Assembly (NCBI GenBank): GCA_050010895.1
Contig: JBEKKD010000002.1
Location: forward strand, 1 to 45,578
Reading direction: 5' to 3'
DNA length: 45,578 bases
From: Armatimonadota bacterium
GTDB lineage: Bacteria; Armatimonadota; Hebobacteria; Hebobacterales; Hebobacteraceae
Below the pieces are notes generated by a model. It was not told where the DNA came from. It did no database searches and worked only from the letters and a program-made list of their open reading frames with translations. The position numbers and the translations under genes were made by a program. This document shows positions 1-9,249 of this stretch, in pieces; the stretch's first letter is position 1; every line of letters begins with the position of its first letter.

Positions 1-272
1 GGCCCTGTGGGCACTCCCGCTCGGAGAATCGCGGTCAACCTACCGCCCGCCTTCCCTCGCGCCCATCCGAAAGCGCCTTCAACCACTCCTTCACTCACCC
101 TCATGAATAATGCAGGCTAGCCGAGGCACGAGCTTGTCTGGACAGGGCTCTACCACTCGCACAGGACGAGACCGAACGAGCATCTATTGCTGATCTGCTG
201 GCCAGACTAGAGCCCGCCGCCCCCGAAGTCTAGTGCGAACCTGGGCCCGCCCGATTACCTGGCGTCGCGCCG

Positions 273-2780
273 CTACAACTGCGCCTGCAGCCGCTGGATG
301 TGCGCCGAGTAACGCTCGACCAGTTCGGCGGCCGAGTGCTGGTCGTGGCTCTCGGCGCGGACGTGGAAGAGGGACGCCGAGACGTCGGGCAGGACGAGCA
401 CCCAGCCCTCCGGCAGATGGACCTTCAGGCCGTCGAGTTGCTCGACCGGGAGCCCCTGCGCCTCCTCGTGCAGCCGGCGCATCACCATGCCCTTCTGCTC
501 CCAGGGGCAGTCCACCTCACGGTGAGAGCGGGAGTACTTCGGGATGCGCTGGCGCACGTCGCTGAGCTTCTGAGCGCTCCGCGCCAGTAGTTCGAGCAGC
601 TTTCCGAGCGCCAGCATGGCGTCGAACGCCGGAAGGAAGCGCGGGAAGATGAAGCCGCCGTCGATGTCGCCCGCGAACGCGAGGTCGGGGTCGCTGCCCG
701 CGATCTCCATCAGCGACCCGGGGTCTGCCTTTGTGCGAATGGCCGTCGCGCCATAGCGCTCGCAGACTTCCTCGACGCCGGAGGTGGCGCTGAAGGGAAC
801 GGCGATCCGATTGGAGACAGTGTTGTGCGCAAGCACGAGGTCCATGAAGCAGAGCAGAAGGTCGTCGCCCATGACCTTCGCGCCCTTCTCGTCGCAGGCC
901 ACGAAGCGATCGCCGTGACCGCCCATGAGGACGCCGAGATCGGAGCGGAGCGCCTGCACCACTTCGCCCAGTTCATCCATGCGCTGATCGCGCCTCAGCC
1001 AGGCCTCGTGGGAACGGGTGGGGTCGACGAACGCGTTGACGCCGGTTGATTCGCATCCCAGCCGGCCCAGCACGAGCGGCATCAGCAGGCAGAGCGGCCC
1101 GAACGCGTAGTCGATTACCAGCTTCGGCGCGCGGCGGCGGATGGAGTCGGCATCCAGGAAATTGAGGAAATCCTCGGTGTAATACTCGACGGTTCGGCCC
1201 AGGAATTCGAGGTTGCCGACCGCATCGCGCGGCGCACGGCGGAAGTCCTCTCGGAAGAAAATGCTCTCGATGCGGCGGTCGGCCGCACGGTCCAGGTTCT
1301 TCCCGGCGCCGTCGAAGAACTCGATCAGCGTCTGTGATGGGTCCGAAGGCGACACGGACGCGTGCACTCCGCCGGCCGCGCCGGAGATGTTCGCCATATG
1401 GCGCGAAACCGCGCCGGGCATGGTGCGCAGATCCAGCACGTTCGCGCCCACCGACATGAGGCCGGCGATGATGGCGCGCTTGGTCATTCGCGAGACATGG
1501 TGCGAATCGCGGCTGGTGATCACCTGCGCGCCGCTCTCGAGATAGGCGCCAAAGGCCGCTCCCAGGCGAGCGGAGAACTCCGGCGTAACCTCGACGTTCG
1601 CCAGCCCGCTCACCCCGCTGGCGCCGAACAGCGCGCCCGGCCACTTGGTGCCCCAGATCAGGCTCATGGTCACCTTCGAGCCTTTCTCTGTCACCTTGTC
1701 GGGCCAGATGCGGATGCGGGGCATGACCGTGGTGCCGTCCTCCAGCACGCATCGATCGCCGACAACTGCGCCCTCGTTGATGGTCACGTGCCGCTTGGCG
1801 ATGACGTTGCGGCAGACCGTGGCGGCATTGACGCGGGTGCCGGCGCCCAGGTACACGCCGCTCCACACGACCGAGTGGTCCACCAGCACGCCTGGCTCGA
1901 CCACGCAGTTGTCCCCCAGGATGGAGAATGGGCCGATCTGGGCGCCCTCGTCTATGCTGCAGCCGTGGCCGATCAGCACCGGCGCCACGAGCCGCGCCTC
2001 GGGGTGGATGCGAGTCTCGCCGCCGGCCCAGATGCCTTCGCTCAGTTGCTCCCCCGGCAGGTCAACAGCGACCGCTCCGCGAAGGCAGTCCTGGTTGGCG
2101 GCGCGATACTGATCGAGGTTGCCGATATCGGTCCAGTACCCGCTCGCGACGTAGCCGAACATGGGCTCGCCATCGGTAAGAAGCGACGGAAAAAGGTGCT
2201 GGCTGAAGTCCACCGACCGCGACGGATCCACCCGCTCGAGGACGCGAGGTTCGAGGATGTAGATGCCCGTGTTGACGGTGTCGGAGAAGACCTCGCCCGC
2301 GCTCGGCTTCTCGAGGAAGTGGCGGACGCGGCCGTCGGCATCGGTGATGACCACACCGTACTCGAGCGGATTGGTGACGCGAGTCAGCACCAACGTCGCC
2401 GCCGACCCGCGCTCGCGATGGAATTCGATGGCGGGTCTGAGGTCGAAGTCAGTGAGCGCGTCGCCGCTGATGACGACGAAGGTATCCTTCAGTCTGTCGA
2501 GCAGGCGGCGCACGCTGCCTGCCGTCCCCAGGGGGCTGTCCTCAACCGCATATCCCAGCCGGATTCCCCAGTCGGAGCCATCGCCGAAGTAGCCCTCGAC
2601 CTCGTCGGCGAGAAAGTGAAGAGTCGCATAGGCCTCGGTTACCCCCAGTCGCTGCAGCAGCGACAGAATGTGGGCCATGATCGGCCGATTCGCAACAGGC
2701 GCCATCGGCTTCGGGAGATCACACGTCAGAGGCCGAAGCCTCGCACCCTCGCCTCCCGCCATGACCACTGCCGAAACCAT
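273..2780 (-). CDS. Sugar-1-phosphate nucleotidyltransferase (ManC/GMPP-like NTP-transferase plus left-handed beta-helix) fused to a PGM/PMM-like C-terminal module
   Basis: This is the internal part of the 273..4109 ORF. The start is ATG at 2780 (alternative GTG at 2783), just after GGGAGGAG. The N-terminus MVSAVVMAGGEGARLRPLTCDLPKPM matches the GxGxRLxPLTxxxPK nucleotidyltransferase signature. The central hexapeptide-repeat-like stretch is IGHGCSIDEGAQIGPFSILGDNCVVEPG. The C-terminal ~450 aa has the layout of a phosphohexomutase. The product is 835 aa. Confidence 0.8.
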   Translation of the reverse strand: MVSAVVMAGGEGARLRPLTCDLPKPMAPVANRPIMAHILSLLQRLGVTEAYATLHFLADEVEGYFGDGSDWGIRLGYAVEDSPLGTAGSVRRLLDRLKDTFVVISGDALTDFDLRPAIEFHRERGSAATLVLTRVTNPLEYGVVITDADGRVRHFLEKPSAGEVFSDTVNTGIYILEPRVLERVDPSRSVDFSQHLFPSLLTDGEPMFGYVASGYWTDIGNLDQYRAANQDCLRGAVAVDLPGEQLSEGIWAGGETRIHPEARLVAPVLIGHGCSIDEGAQIGPFSILGDNCVVEPGVLVDHSVVWSGVYLGAGTRVNAATVCRNVIAKRHVTINEGAVVGDRCVLEDGTTVMPRIRIWPDKVTEKGSKVTMSLIWGTKWPGALFGASGVSGLANVEVTPEFSARLGAAFGAYLESGAQVITSRDSHHVSRMTKRAIIAGLMSVGANVLDLRTMPGAVSRHMANISGAAGGVHASVSPSDPSQTLIEFFDGAGKNLDRAADRRIESIFFREDFRRAPRDAVGNLEFLGRTVEYYTEDFLNFLDADSIRRRAPKLVIDYAFGPLCLLMPLVLGRLGCESTGVNAFVDPTRSHEAWLRRDQRMDELGEVVQALRSDLGVLMGGHGDRFVACDEKGAKVMGDDLLLCFMDLVLAHNTVSNRIAVPFSATSGVEEVCERYGATAIRTKADPGSLMEIAGSDPDLAFAGDIDGGFIFPRFLPAFDAMLALGKLLELLARSAQKLSDVRQRIPKYSRSHREVDCPWEQKGMVMRRLHEEAQGLPVEQLDGLKVHLPEGWVLVLPDVSASLFHVRAESHDQHSAAELVERYSAHIQRLQAQL

Positions 2781-2854
2781 CACTCCTCCCTCTCCCCTAC
2801 ATCGCTTCCTACGCCGGCCGGCGCGGTGGGCGCAGCGCGCCCCGACCGAGTCGC

Positions 2855-4144
2855 TCAGCTCCTGCTCGCCGCCTCTGCCGAAACCATGTAGCGTGGATGC
2901 ACGCTCGTCCCCGACAGCGGCATCGCGCGGCGCTCGGCCGCCGCTTCGCGTTCTACCAGCACTTCCTGGTAGACAGAGATCGTTGCTCTCGCGATCCCGT
3001 CCCAGTTGTACCGAGTGCGGACCGCTTTCAGGCCCTCTCGACGCAGCCGCGCGGCCAGCGTCAGATTCGAGAGCACCTCGTTGATCCCCCACGCCAGTGA
3101 ACGCGGATTGTTCGCCCAAGTGTGCAAACCGGTCTCTCCATGTCGGACTACTTCGCGGAAGCCGCCGACATCTGAGGTGATCACGGGGACGCCGGCGGCC
3201 ATCGCTTCCAGCTCGACGATGCCGAAGGGCTCGTACAGGCTCGGGAAGACGGCCACGTCGGCGACCGCGTACGATCTCGGCAAATCCACTTCCGGGACGA
3301 ACCCTGTGAAGACGACCTTGTGGCCGAGCCCGAGAGAACCGGCACGAGCGCGCAGGTGGTCCGCGTACCCGCCGCCGGCGACGATGAACTTGGCCTCCGG
3401 ATGCGTGGCGACCACCTCCGGCATGGAGTCGACCAGGACCTCGACGCCTTTCTCCCGGACCAGCCGGCCGACGAACAAGATAATGCGTTCCTCGGGCGCG
3501 GCCCAGCGGCGTCGAAACGCCGCCAGCTGATCGGCGGTGTCCGTGCAGCGCAGCCGGGACGGGTCCACGCCGTTCGGCACCACGCGCACCTTGTCGAGGG
3601 GCGTCTGCAGGCTCTCGAAGACCTCGGAGGCCATGGCATCCGAACAGCAGATGACGCGCCACGCGTCGTAGGTGAGTAGCCATTCCTGGGAGTGGATGTA
3701 GCTCTGCATCGGGTTGTGAATGCCGCGATTCCGACCCGCCTCGGTCGCGTGGATGGTGCCGACGAGGGGGATGTGCCGGCCGTGCTTCAGCGTGCGGGCG
3801 GCGAACGCGACCAGCCAATCGTGCGCGTGAAGGAGATCGTATTCGGCGCCGCCCTCCGCGAGCAGGCGCTCGAGCAGCAGGAAGTTCAGTTGGTGAATGT
3901 CCGAGATGAAATCGATCGGGTTGACGGGATTGGCCGCGGCGCGCATCACGCGCACGCACCCCGCACCGGCCGCGATCACCTCGAAGCTCGGCGCGCCGGG
4001 GTGGTGAGCGGTGAGCACGTCCACGTCCACGCCGTTGCGCGCCAGCGCTCGCGAGATCTCGTCCACGTGCCTGGCGATGCCCCCCACGATCCGGGGTGGG
4101 AATTCCCACGAGAGCATGAGCACCCGAGTCCGCGCGGCGCTCAC
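2855..4144 (-). CDS. GT4-family (group 1) glycosyltransferase
   Basis: This is the internal part of the 2855..4615 ORF. The start is GTG at 4144, preceded by GGAGGAGAAA, and it overlaps the upstream stop as GTGA. The sequence MLSWEFPPRIVGGIARHV is a typical GT4 N-terminus. The E-x7-E motif region is EPFGIVELEAMAAGVPVI. The product is 429 aa. Confidence 0.8.
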   Translation of the reverse strand: MSAARTRVLMLSWEFPPRIVGGIARHVDEISRALARNGVDVDVLTAHHPGAPSFEVIAAGAGCVRVMRAAANPVNPIDFISDIHQLNFLLLERLLAEGGAEYDLLHAHDWLVAFAARTLKHGRHIPLVGTIHATEAGRNRGIHNPMQSYIHSQEWLLTYDAWRVICCSDAMASEVFESLQTPLDKVRVVPNGVDPSRLRCTDTADQLAAFRRRWAAPEERIILFVGRLVREKGVEVLVDSMPEVVATHPEAKFIVAGGGYADHLRARAGSLGLGHKVVFTGFVPEVDLPRSYAVADVAVFPSLYEPFGIVELEAMAAGVPVITSDVGGFREVVRHGETGLHTWANNPRSLAWGINEVLSNLTLAARLRREGLKAVRTRYNWDGIARATISVYQEVLVEREAAAERRAMPLSGTSVHPRYMVSAEAASRS

Positions 4145-4740
4145 TTTCTCCTCCGCCGGCCGGAGGAGTGGGTGCACGACGCGCACCAGCGCCGGCCCAC
4201 CCGCTGCCACTGGCCGCAGCGCGCGCAGCGGCGCCAGCCCGTTCGTTTGCGCCACTCCCCGATACGAGCCGCGGCGATGAACGCCCGCTCCGCCCGCGCG
4301 CGCAAGGCAGGGTCCTCTATCTGGGCCGCGGCCTCCATCAGCTCCTTCTCCTGTCGCGGCGAGAGCTTCATATCGAGCGGTCGCGGGGCGGCCGCTCGCC
4401 GGCCCCGTTCGCGGGCCACCGTTCCCGAGCGGAAGTGAATCTCGCGGATGAGCCCGGCGCCGACCTGCTCGGCCACTCGCGCCAGCAGGTCGTGGCGGCG
4501 CATGTGCAGCTCCTGCGCCCACGCGGACGTATCCGTCGCCACGATGAGCACACCGTCTCGAACGGTCTCGGCGCGAGTGTGCGAGCCGATCACCTCGCCG
4601 ACAATCTGCGGCCACGCCATCACTGCGAGGTGCTCGCGAAACCGCGACCGCAGGTCCATGTTCGCGAGTACGCCCTCCAGCAGGCGTCCCACCGGCGACA
4701 GGTCTCTGGCTTTCCCCTTCTCTTCAGACGAGCCGTCCAT
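4141..4740 (-). CDS. dciA: DUF721/DciA-family protein with a C-terminal CxxC-x12-CxxC zinc-ribbon-like tail
   Basis: A DUF721-like core (LAVMAWPQIVGEVIGSHTRAETVRDGVLIVATDTSAWAQELHMRRHDLLARV) sits directly after recF, the classical DUF721 position. The C-terminus is CARCGQWQRVGRRWCASC. The ATG at 4740 is preceded by GAGG. The gene overlaps the recF stop by 17 nt. Confidence 0.75.
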   Translation of the reverse strand: MDGSSEEKGKARDLSPVGRLLEGVLANMDLRSRFREHLAVMAWPQIVGEVIGSHTRAETVRDGVLIVATDTSAWAQELHMRRHDLLARVAEQVGAGLIREIHFRSGTVARERGRRAAAPRPLDMKLSPRQEKELMEAAAQIEDPALRARAERAFIAAARIGEWRKRTGWRRCARCGQWQRVGRRWCASCTHSSGRRRRK

Positions 4741-5863
4741 CCCGTACCTCGAAGGATGCAGCCGACTCTCGCGCCTGGCTCGGGATATCCGCAGGATCGC
4801 AGCAGGTGATGATCACCTGCTGCGCCTGCGCGCAGGCGGCGAAAACGCCGACGCGGTATCGCGCATCCAGTTCCGACAACACATCATCGAGCAGCAGCAC
4901 CGGTCTGTCGCCCGTGGCAGTGCGAACGACAGAGGTCAGGCCGATGCGGAGCGCAACTGCGCATGTGCGCTGCTCGCCCTGCGAACCGAATAATCGCACC
5001 GGCTCGCGACGGAGGAGCACCTCAAGATCGTCTCTGTGAGGCCCCGAGCCGGTCGAGCCGCGGAGAATGTCGCTCTGACGTTCCTCTCTCAGCCGGGCCT
5101 CGAGACGAATGGCTATCTTTTCCACTAACGAGCTAACGTCCTCCAGGCCCGTGCCCGCATCTTGTAGCTCCAGTAGCCCAACCGATGGGCGATACTCTAC
5201 CAAGAGGCCGCCTGTATGGCCAGCGAGCAAGTCATGGGCTGCGGCCGATTCGGGGGCGAGCTCACCGATGAACTCGTGCCGCTTCAGCGTCACCGCGGCG
5301 CCGTGCTTTGCCAGAGACCGGTCCCAAGGATCGAGTGAGTCGGGCCTGGCGCGCCCCCCGCGGATGTCCTTCAGCAGCCGATTGCGCTGCTCGATTGACC
5401 GCCGGTAACGATTCAGCTCGAAGTAATAGGACTGGCTGATCGCCGAGATCTCGATGTCGAGTAGGCGCCGCCGCGCGCCGGGCTCGCCCTTGATGACAGC
5501 GATGTCATCCGCTGAGAAGTAGACCACAGGGGCGAGGCCAATGAGGTCGGAGCGGCGTTTCGGCGCCCCGTTGATCTTGAGCTGCTTCTGGCCCGAGCGC
5601 GCGAGCCCGACTTCGAGGCAGGGCCGGCGTTCCGCACCGTGGAAGTCGGTGCGGACGAAGGCGATGTCCCCGCCCAGTCTGATCATGTCGTGGGATTCAT
5701 GCGCGCGGGGCGAATCGCCCGCGGCGGCCAGACAGATGCTCTCGAGGAGGTTGGTCTTGCCCGCGCCGTTGGCGCCGTGGAAGATCACCATGCCCTCCGG
5801 CAGTGTGAGGTCCAGGCGCGCCCAGTTGCGGAAATCACGAAGCTCCAGGCGGCTCAGATACAT
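4724..5863 (-). CDS. recF: DNA replication and repair protein RecF
   Basis: The N-terminus MYLSRLELRDFRNW is followed by the Walker A motif GANGAGKTNLLE. The C-terminal region has an ABC-signature/Walker B-like LLLDDVLSELD. The chosen start is ATG at 5863; an alternative upstream ATG lies at 5899. The gene sits downstream of dnaN. Confidence 0.9.
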   Translation of the reverse strand: MYLSRLELRDFRNWARLDLTLPEGMVIFHGANGAGKTNLLESICLAAAGDSPRAHESHDMIRLGGDIAFVRTDFHGAERRPCLEVGLARSGQKQLKINGAPKRRSDLIGLAPVVYFSADDIAVIKGEPGARRRLLDIEISAISQSYYFELNRYRRSIEQRNRLLKDIRGGRARPDSLDPWDRSLAKHGAAVTLKRHEFIGELAPESAAAHDLLAGHTGGLLVEYRPSVGLLELQDAGTGLEDVSSLVEKIAIRLEARLREERQSDILRGSTGSGPHRDDLEVLLRREPVRLFGSQGEQRTCAVALRIGLTSVVRTATGDRPVLLLDDVLSELDARYRVGVFAACAQAQQVIITCCDPADIPSQARESAASFEVRDGRLV

Positions 5864-5967
5864 GGATTCCGAACTCTCACGAAGAAGGGCAGGAGGCATT
5901 CTCCTGCCCTGTCCGTCTCTCAGTGTACCCGATACCGGTGTGGCGGTGAAGGCCGCGGGCCCACCTG

Positions 5968-7086
5968 CTACATCCGCATCGGCATCACGACATAGATATA
6001 ATCGGGATCGTCCGACCGCCGCATGAGGCCTGGGCTCTCCGGGCCGGTGAGATGCCACACGACGCTCTCCGATTCCATCACCCCGAGCGCGTCGACCAGG
6101 TACTCGGAGTTGAAAGCAATCTCGATCTCGGCGCCGTCGAGGGTAACGGGGAGCTCTTCATGAGCCCGGCCCACATCACCGCTCTCGGCACTGATGGTGA
6201 GGGTGCCGTCCGCGGCGCGGAAGAGCAGCTTGCTGGCCTCGGTGCGGGCGACGATGGCAGCGCGCCTGATGGCGCCGAGAAGGTCCTCGCGGTCCACGGT
6301 GACCATGCGATCGGGCTCCGCTGCGAGCAGCCGGGCGTAGTTCGGGAACTGGCCCTCGATCAGCCGGGAGACGAGCAGGTACGGGCCGACCGCGAACATG
6401 ATCTGCTGCTCGCTGGCGCGAATCCTGACCGGCGTTTCCTCGGCGCCCGGGTCGAGCATGCGGTTGAGCTCTTGCAGCCCGCGGGCCGGGATAATCGCCT
6501 GCCACTTCTCCTCGCCCCCCTCTATCTTGACCTGACTGGCAGGGGCGCTCTTCACCGCCAGACGGTAGCTGTCCGTCGCCACCATCTTGACCGTGTCGCC
6601 ATCTCTCTCGATCAGGACTCCGGTGAGAATAGCCCTGGTTTCGTCCCGTGAGGCGGCGAAGATGGTGCTGCGGACAAGCTCGCGCATGGCCGCCTGGGTG
6701 ATCTCGATCGCCAGGTCGCCGGCCACTTCGGGCAGGCTGGGGTATTCTTCTGCGGGGAGGCCGTTGATCGTGTACTGGGAGCGGCCGCAGGTGAGGCCGA
6801 GCAGACTGCGGTCCTGGCTCTGCATCTCCACCGTCGCATCCGGTAGGCTGGCCACAACGTCCACCAGCACGCGCGCGGGGACCGTCAGCGCGCCCGCCTC
6901 CTGCGACTGAATGGCGACGGTGCTCTGCGCGCCGATCTCCATGTCGTAGGCGACGATGCGCAGCTCCTCGCCCTTCGCCTCCAGCAGCACATTGCTGAGG
7001 ATGGGCAGGGTCGTCCGGCCCGATACCACGCGGCTGACGTGCTGAAGCGCTTCGTGCAGTACTCTTCTGTTACAGGTGATCCTCAC
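5968..7086 (-). CDS. dnaN: DNA polymerase III beta sliding clamp
   Basis: The 372-aa ORF begins MRITCNRRVLHEALQHVSRVVSGRTTLPILSNVLLEA, a typical DnaN N-terminus, and has a three-domain length. The GTG start at 7086 is preceded by AGGGGGA. Confidence 0.95.
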   Translation of the reverse strand: MRITCNRRVLHEALQHVSRVVSGRTTLPILSNVLLEAKGEELRIVAYDMEIGAQSTVAIQSQEAGALTVPARVLVDVVASLPDATVEMQSQDRSLLGLTCGRSQYTINGLPAEEYPSLPEVAGDLAIEITQAAMRELVRSTIFAASRDETRAILTGVLIERDGDTVKMVATDSYRLAVKSAPASQVKIEGGEEKWQAIIPARGLQELNRMLDPGAEETPVRIRASEQQIMFAVGPYLLVSRLIEGQFPNYARLLAAEPDRMVTVDREDLLGAIRRAAIVARTEASKLLFRAADGTLTISAESGDVGRAHEELPVTLDGAEIEIAFNSEYLVDALGVMESESVVWHLTGPESPGLMRRSDDPDYIYVVMPMRM

Positions 7087-7261
7087 CGGCCATTCCCCCT
7101 ATCGGAGAAGTGAAGGCGGCTTAGTGTTCGCTCCCGCGTCAGCGATTCCTCTACATATGTGGAAATTGCTGGCGCGGCAGGATGCGAACGCCGCGATCCG
7201 CCGGAGGCGCGGGTCGCGCACTCGCAGACCTGCTACCCGTCGGTGGCGGCGCCCGCCGTCC

Positions 7262-9025
7262 TTACCGATCGGTGGCGATGCGGACGGCGCCGTCCTGATA
7301 TTCCAGCATCAGGTTGAGTGCCTCGCCCAGGAAGCGCAGCGGAACGAGCGTTCGGTTGCCGCTCAGCGTCGGCGGGGTGACCAGCATGATGGCGCTCCCA
7401 TCCACCGTCGCTTCCGCGCTCCCGATTCTGATCGTGACCTGGTGGCTGTTCAGGCTCGCGCCGGCCTGTCGATCCGACACGCGCCAGGTGACGGTTCCGC
7501 CGACGCTCTCGACTACCGCGCGCAGCGGCACGATGGCGCGGCCGTTCGCCACGATCGGCGCCACATCGGAAACCAGCGGCTTACCGTCGCAGTAGATCTG
7601 CGTCGAGGGAAGCCTGAGGCGCTGCCCCGGGTGGATGACGCCCGACTCCGGGAGATCATTGAGCACCGTGAGAGCGGCGATGGTCGTCTTGCGGGCCGCG
7701 GCAATCGTCCAGAGGCAGTCGTTCGGCTGCACTACGTACACGTTCTCGGCTGGCACAGGCGCGGGGGCCGGCTTCGCCACAACGGCCTTCTCCTCCGACT
7801 TTGGCGGCAGCAGAGCGATCTGCGTTGCTGCGGGAGAGGGCCGAACAGCTACCGCGTCAACCGCCGGGCGCGGCGGCGCGGAGAGGGCTGAGATCGGCTT
7901 CGCTGGAGCGGCCGGCATCGACGCCACTGTCGCCGGCAACAGCGCCACTTGAACCGGCGCAGAAGCCGGAAGCGCGGGCTGAGGCGAAGCGGCTTCGGCG
8001 GTAGGTGCCGCCGCCAAAGGAAGAGCGACAACTGACGGCGCTGCCACCGCCGGCGCAACAGACGCTCCGGCGGCCGGGGCAGGCAGGACGGTAGCCGCGG
8101 GCGTTTCGGGCGCAGCAGACGCGGGCGCTGCCGCGGTCACCGTGGCCGGCGCAGGCGGAATAACGAGATCACCGGCCGGGCTGACATAGGGGGCCGTGCC
8201 CGGAGTCGCCACTGCCGCGTCCGCGATCTGGATCGCCGCGGGCGGGTCCGACAGGCTCTCAGTGCGCATGGGAGCCGGCAGCGCGGGCTGCGCGGCGCGT
8301 GCCGGCGACTGAACCGGCGGTGGTGTCGGTCCTGACGCGGCGACCGGACCGCGCATCGTCGTTGCGCCACCGGGGTTATCGACGCGCACTTCAACGAACG
8401 GCGAGAGCGACTCGGCGCCGGTCTTGAAGTACACCTTCGCTTGTAGGCGGTGCAGCCCGTTCAGGTACCGGGTCGTGTCCCACAGATAGGTGAACGGCGA
8501 GACATTGCTCATCGCCTTGAACACGTCGTCCACCAGGAAGATCACGTACTTGATCATGGTGCGCTGGTCAGTTGCGACATCGACCGGCGTCATTCCCGAG
8601 ACCGTGTGGCCCGTCAGAGGTCCGCTGATGCGGATGGGAGGAGCCGGTTGGCTGCGTCCCAGGAGAACGCGGATCTCCGCGGTGCCGACCCGGCCCTCGG
8701 AATCGGTCGCCCGGAGTGTGATCGTGTGCGTGCCGTCGGTGAAATGAAGCGCTCCCCAGATGAACGAAGCCGCCCCTGAAGCCTTTGGCGGGTCGACGGT
8801 CAGCGCTTCGATGATGTTGCCGTCAATCAGCAGCTCGACCTGCTGCATCATACTCTCGTCCGGCGCGGTGTAGGTCGCCTCGATGGCGACCGAATCAGCC
8901 GCAATGGTGATGCCGGGCTCAGGGGAGGTGATGGCCACGGTCGGAGTCGGGACTGAAGTGTCCGCGGCGGCAAGCGCCGGGAGCAGAAGGGCAATAACGA
9001 TCAGCAACAGGCGCGCGAGTTTCAC
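7262..9025 (-). CDS. Secreted envelope protein with signal peptide, two Ig-like domains, a long Pro/Ala linker, a LysM domain and a copper-amine-oxidase-N-like (stalk) domain
   Basis: The start is GTG at 9025 after AAGGAG (alternative ATG at 9058). The signal-like N-terminus is VKLARLLLIVIALLLPALAAAD. The LysM-like segment is YVVQPNDCLWTIAAARKTTIAALTVLNDLPESGVIHPGQRLRLP. The C-terminal NGRAIVPLRAVVESVGG...TLVPLRFLGEAL resembles the Cu_amine_oxidN1 repeat. Confidence 0.7.
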   Translation of the reverse strand: MKLARLLLIVIALLLPALAAADTSVPTPTVAITSPEPGITIAADSVAIEATYTAPDESMMQQVELLIDGNIIEALTVDPPKASGAASFIWGALHFTDGTHTITLRATDSEGRVGTAEIRVLLGRSQPAPPIRISGPLTGHTVSGMTPVDVATDQRTMIKYVIFLVDDVFKAMSNVSPFTYLWDTTRYLNGLHRLQAKVYFKTGAESLSPFVEVRVDNPGGATTMRGPVAASGPTPPPVQSPARAAQPALPAPMRTESLSDPPAAIQIADAAVATPGTAPYVSPAGDLVIPPAPATVTAAAPASAAPETPAATVLPAPAAGASVAPAVAAPSVVALPLAAAPTAEAASPQPALPASAPVQVALLPATVASMPAAPAKPISALSAPPRPAVDAVAVRPSPAATQIALLPPKSEEKAVVAKPAPAPVPAENVYVVQPNDCLWTIAAARKTTIAALTVLNDLPESGVIHPGQRLRLPSTQIYCDGKPLVSDVAPIVANGRAIVPLRAVVESVGGTVTWRVSDRQAGASLNSHQVTIRIGSAEATVDGSAIMLVTPPTLSGNRTLVPLRFLGEALNLMLEYQDGAVRIATDR

Positions 9026-9249
9026 GGCGGGCGCTCCTTTCGCGATCAGGAGGGACATCGGCGCGGTCCGGTCACCCACAGGCCGAGTGATGGTGAGCGC
9101 TGTGACACCCCCTGAAAAGGCGCTGAATACTAGCATGTCAATGGCGTTGAAGTCAACCGAAAAGCCGCCCCGAATGCTGCCTGTGAATGAGCAACCACTT
9201 TCCTGGCTGTAGCGGATGGACGTGCGGTGCCGTCGCGTCTGTTGCCATG

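Noticed and set aside
1-232. Possible gene start on the - strand (ATG at about 104, reading MRVSEGVVEGAFGWARGKAGG... off the left edge) or 3' ends of + strand ORFs
   Set aside because: Only about 34 codons are visible, with no convincing SD and no recognisable motif. This cannot be supported from the window.
1362-2891. 509-aa + strand ORF
   Set aside because: It lies antisense to the clearly recognisable nucleotidyltransferase gene. The translation is Arg/Ala/Gly/His-rich with no motifs, which is the typical shadow ORF of high-GC DNA.
273-4615. Track ORFs of 1278 aa (273..4109) and 586 aa (2855..4615), which read as giant proteins
   Set aside because: The N-terminal portions are stop-free read-through over the neighbouring genes in another frame and are Arg/Gly/Pro-rich. 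Real starts with SD sequences occur at 2780 and 4144. The same logic trimmed 7262..9346, 13918..15519, 29035..31155, 31014..31880 and 31877..35926.
9019-9026. GTTTCACG, the left half of the parS consensus TGTTTCACGTGAAACA
   Set aside because: The right half is absent (GCGGGCGC follows). The site also overlaps the predicted start codon of the LysM protein gene. It is not a parS site.
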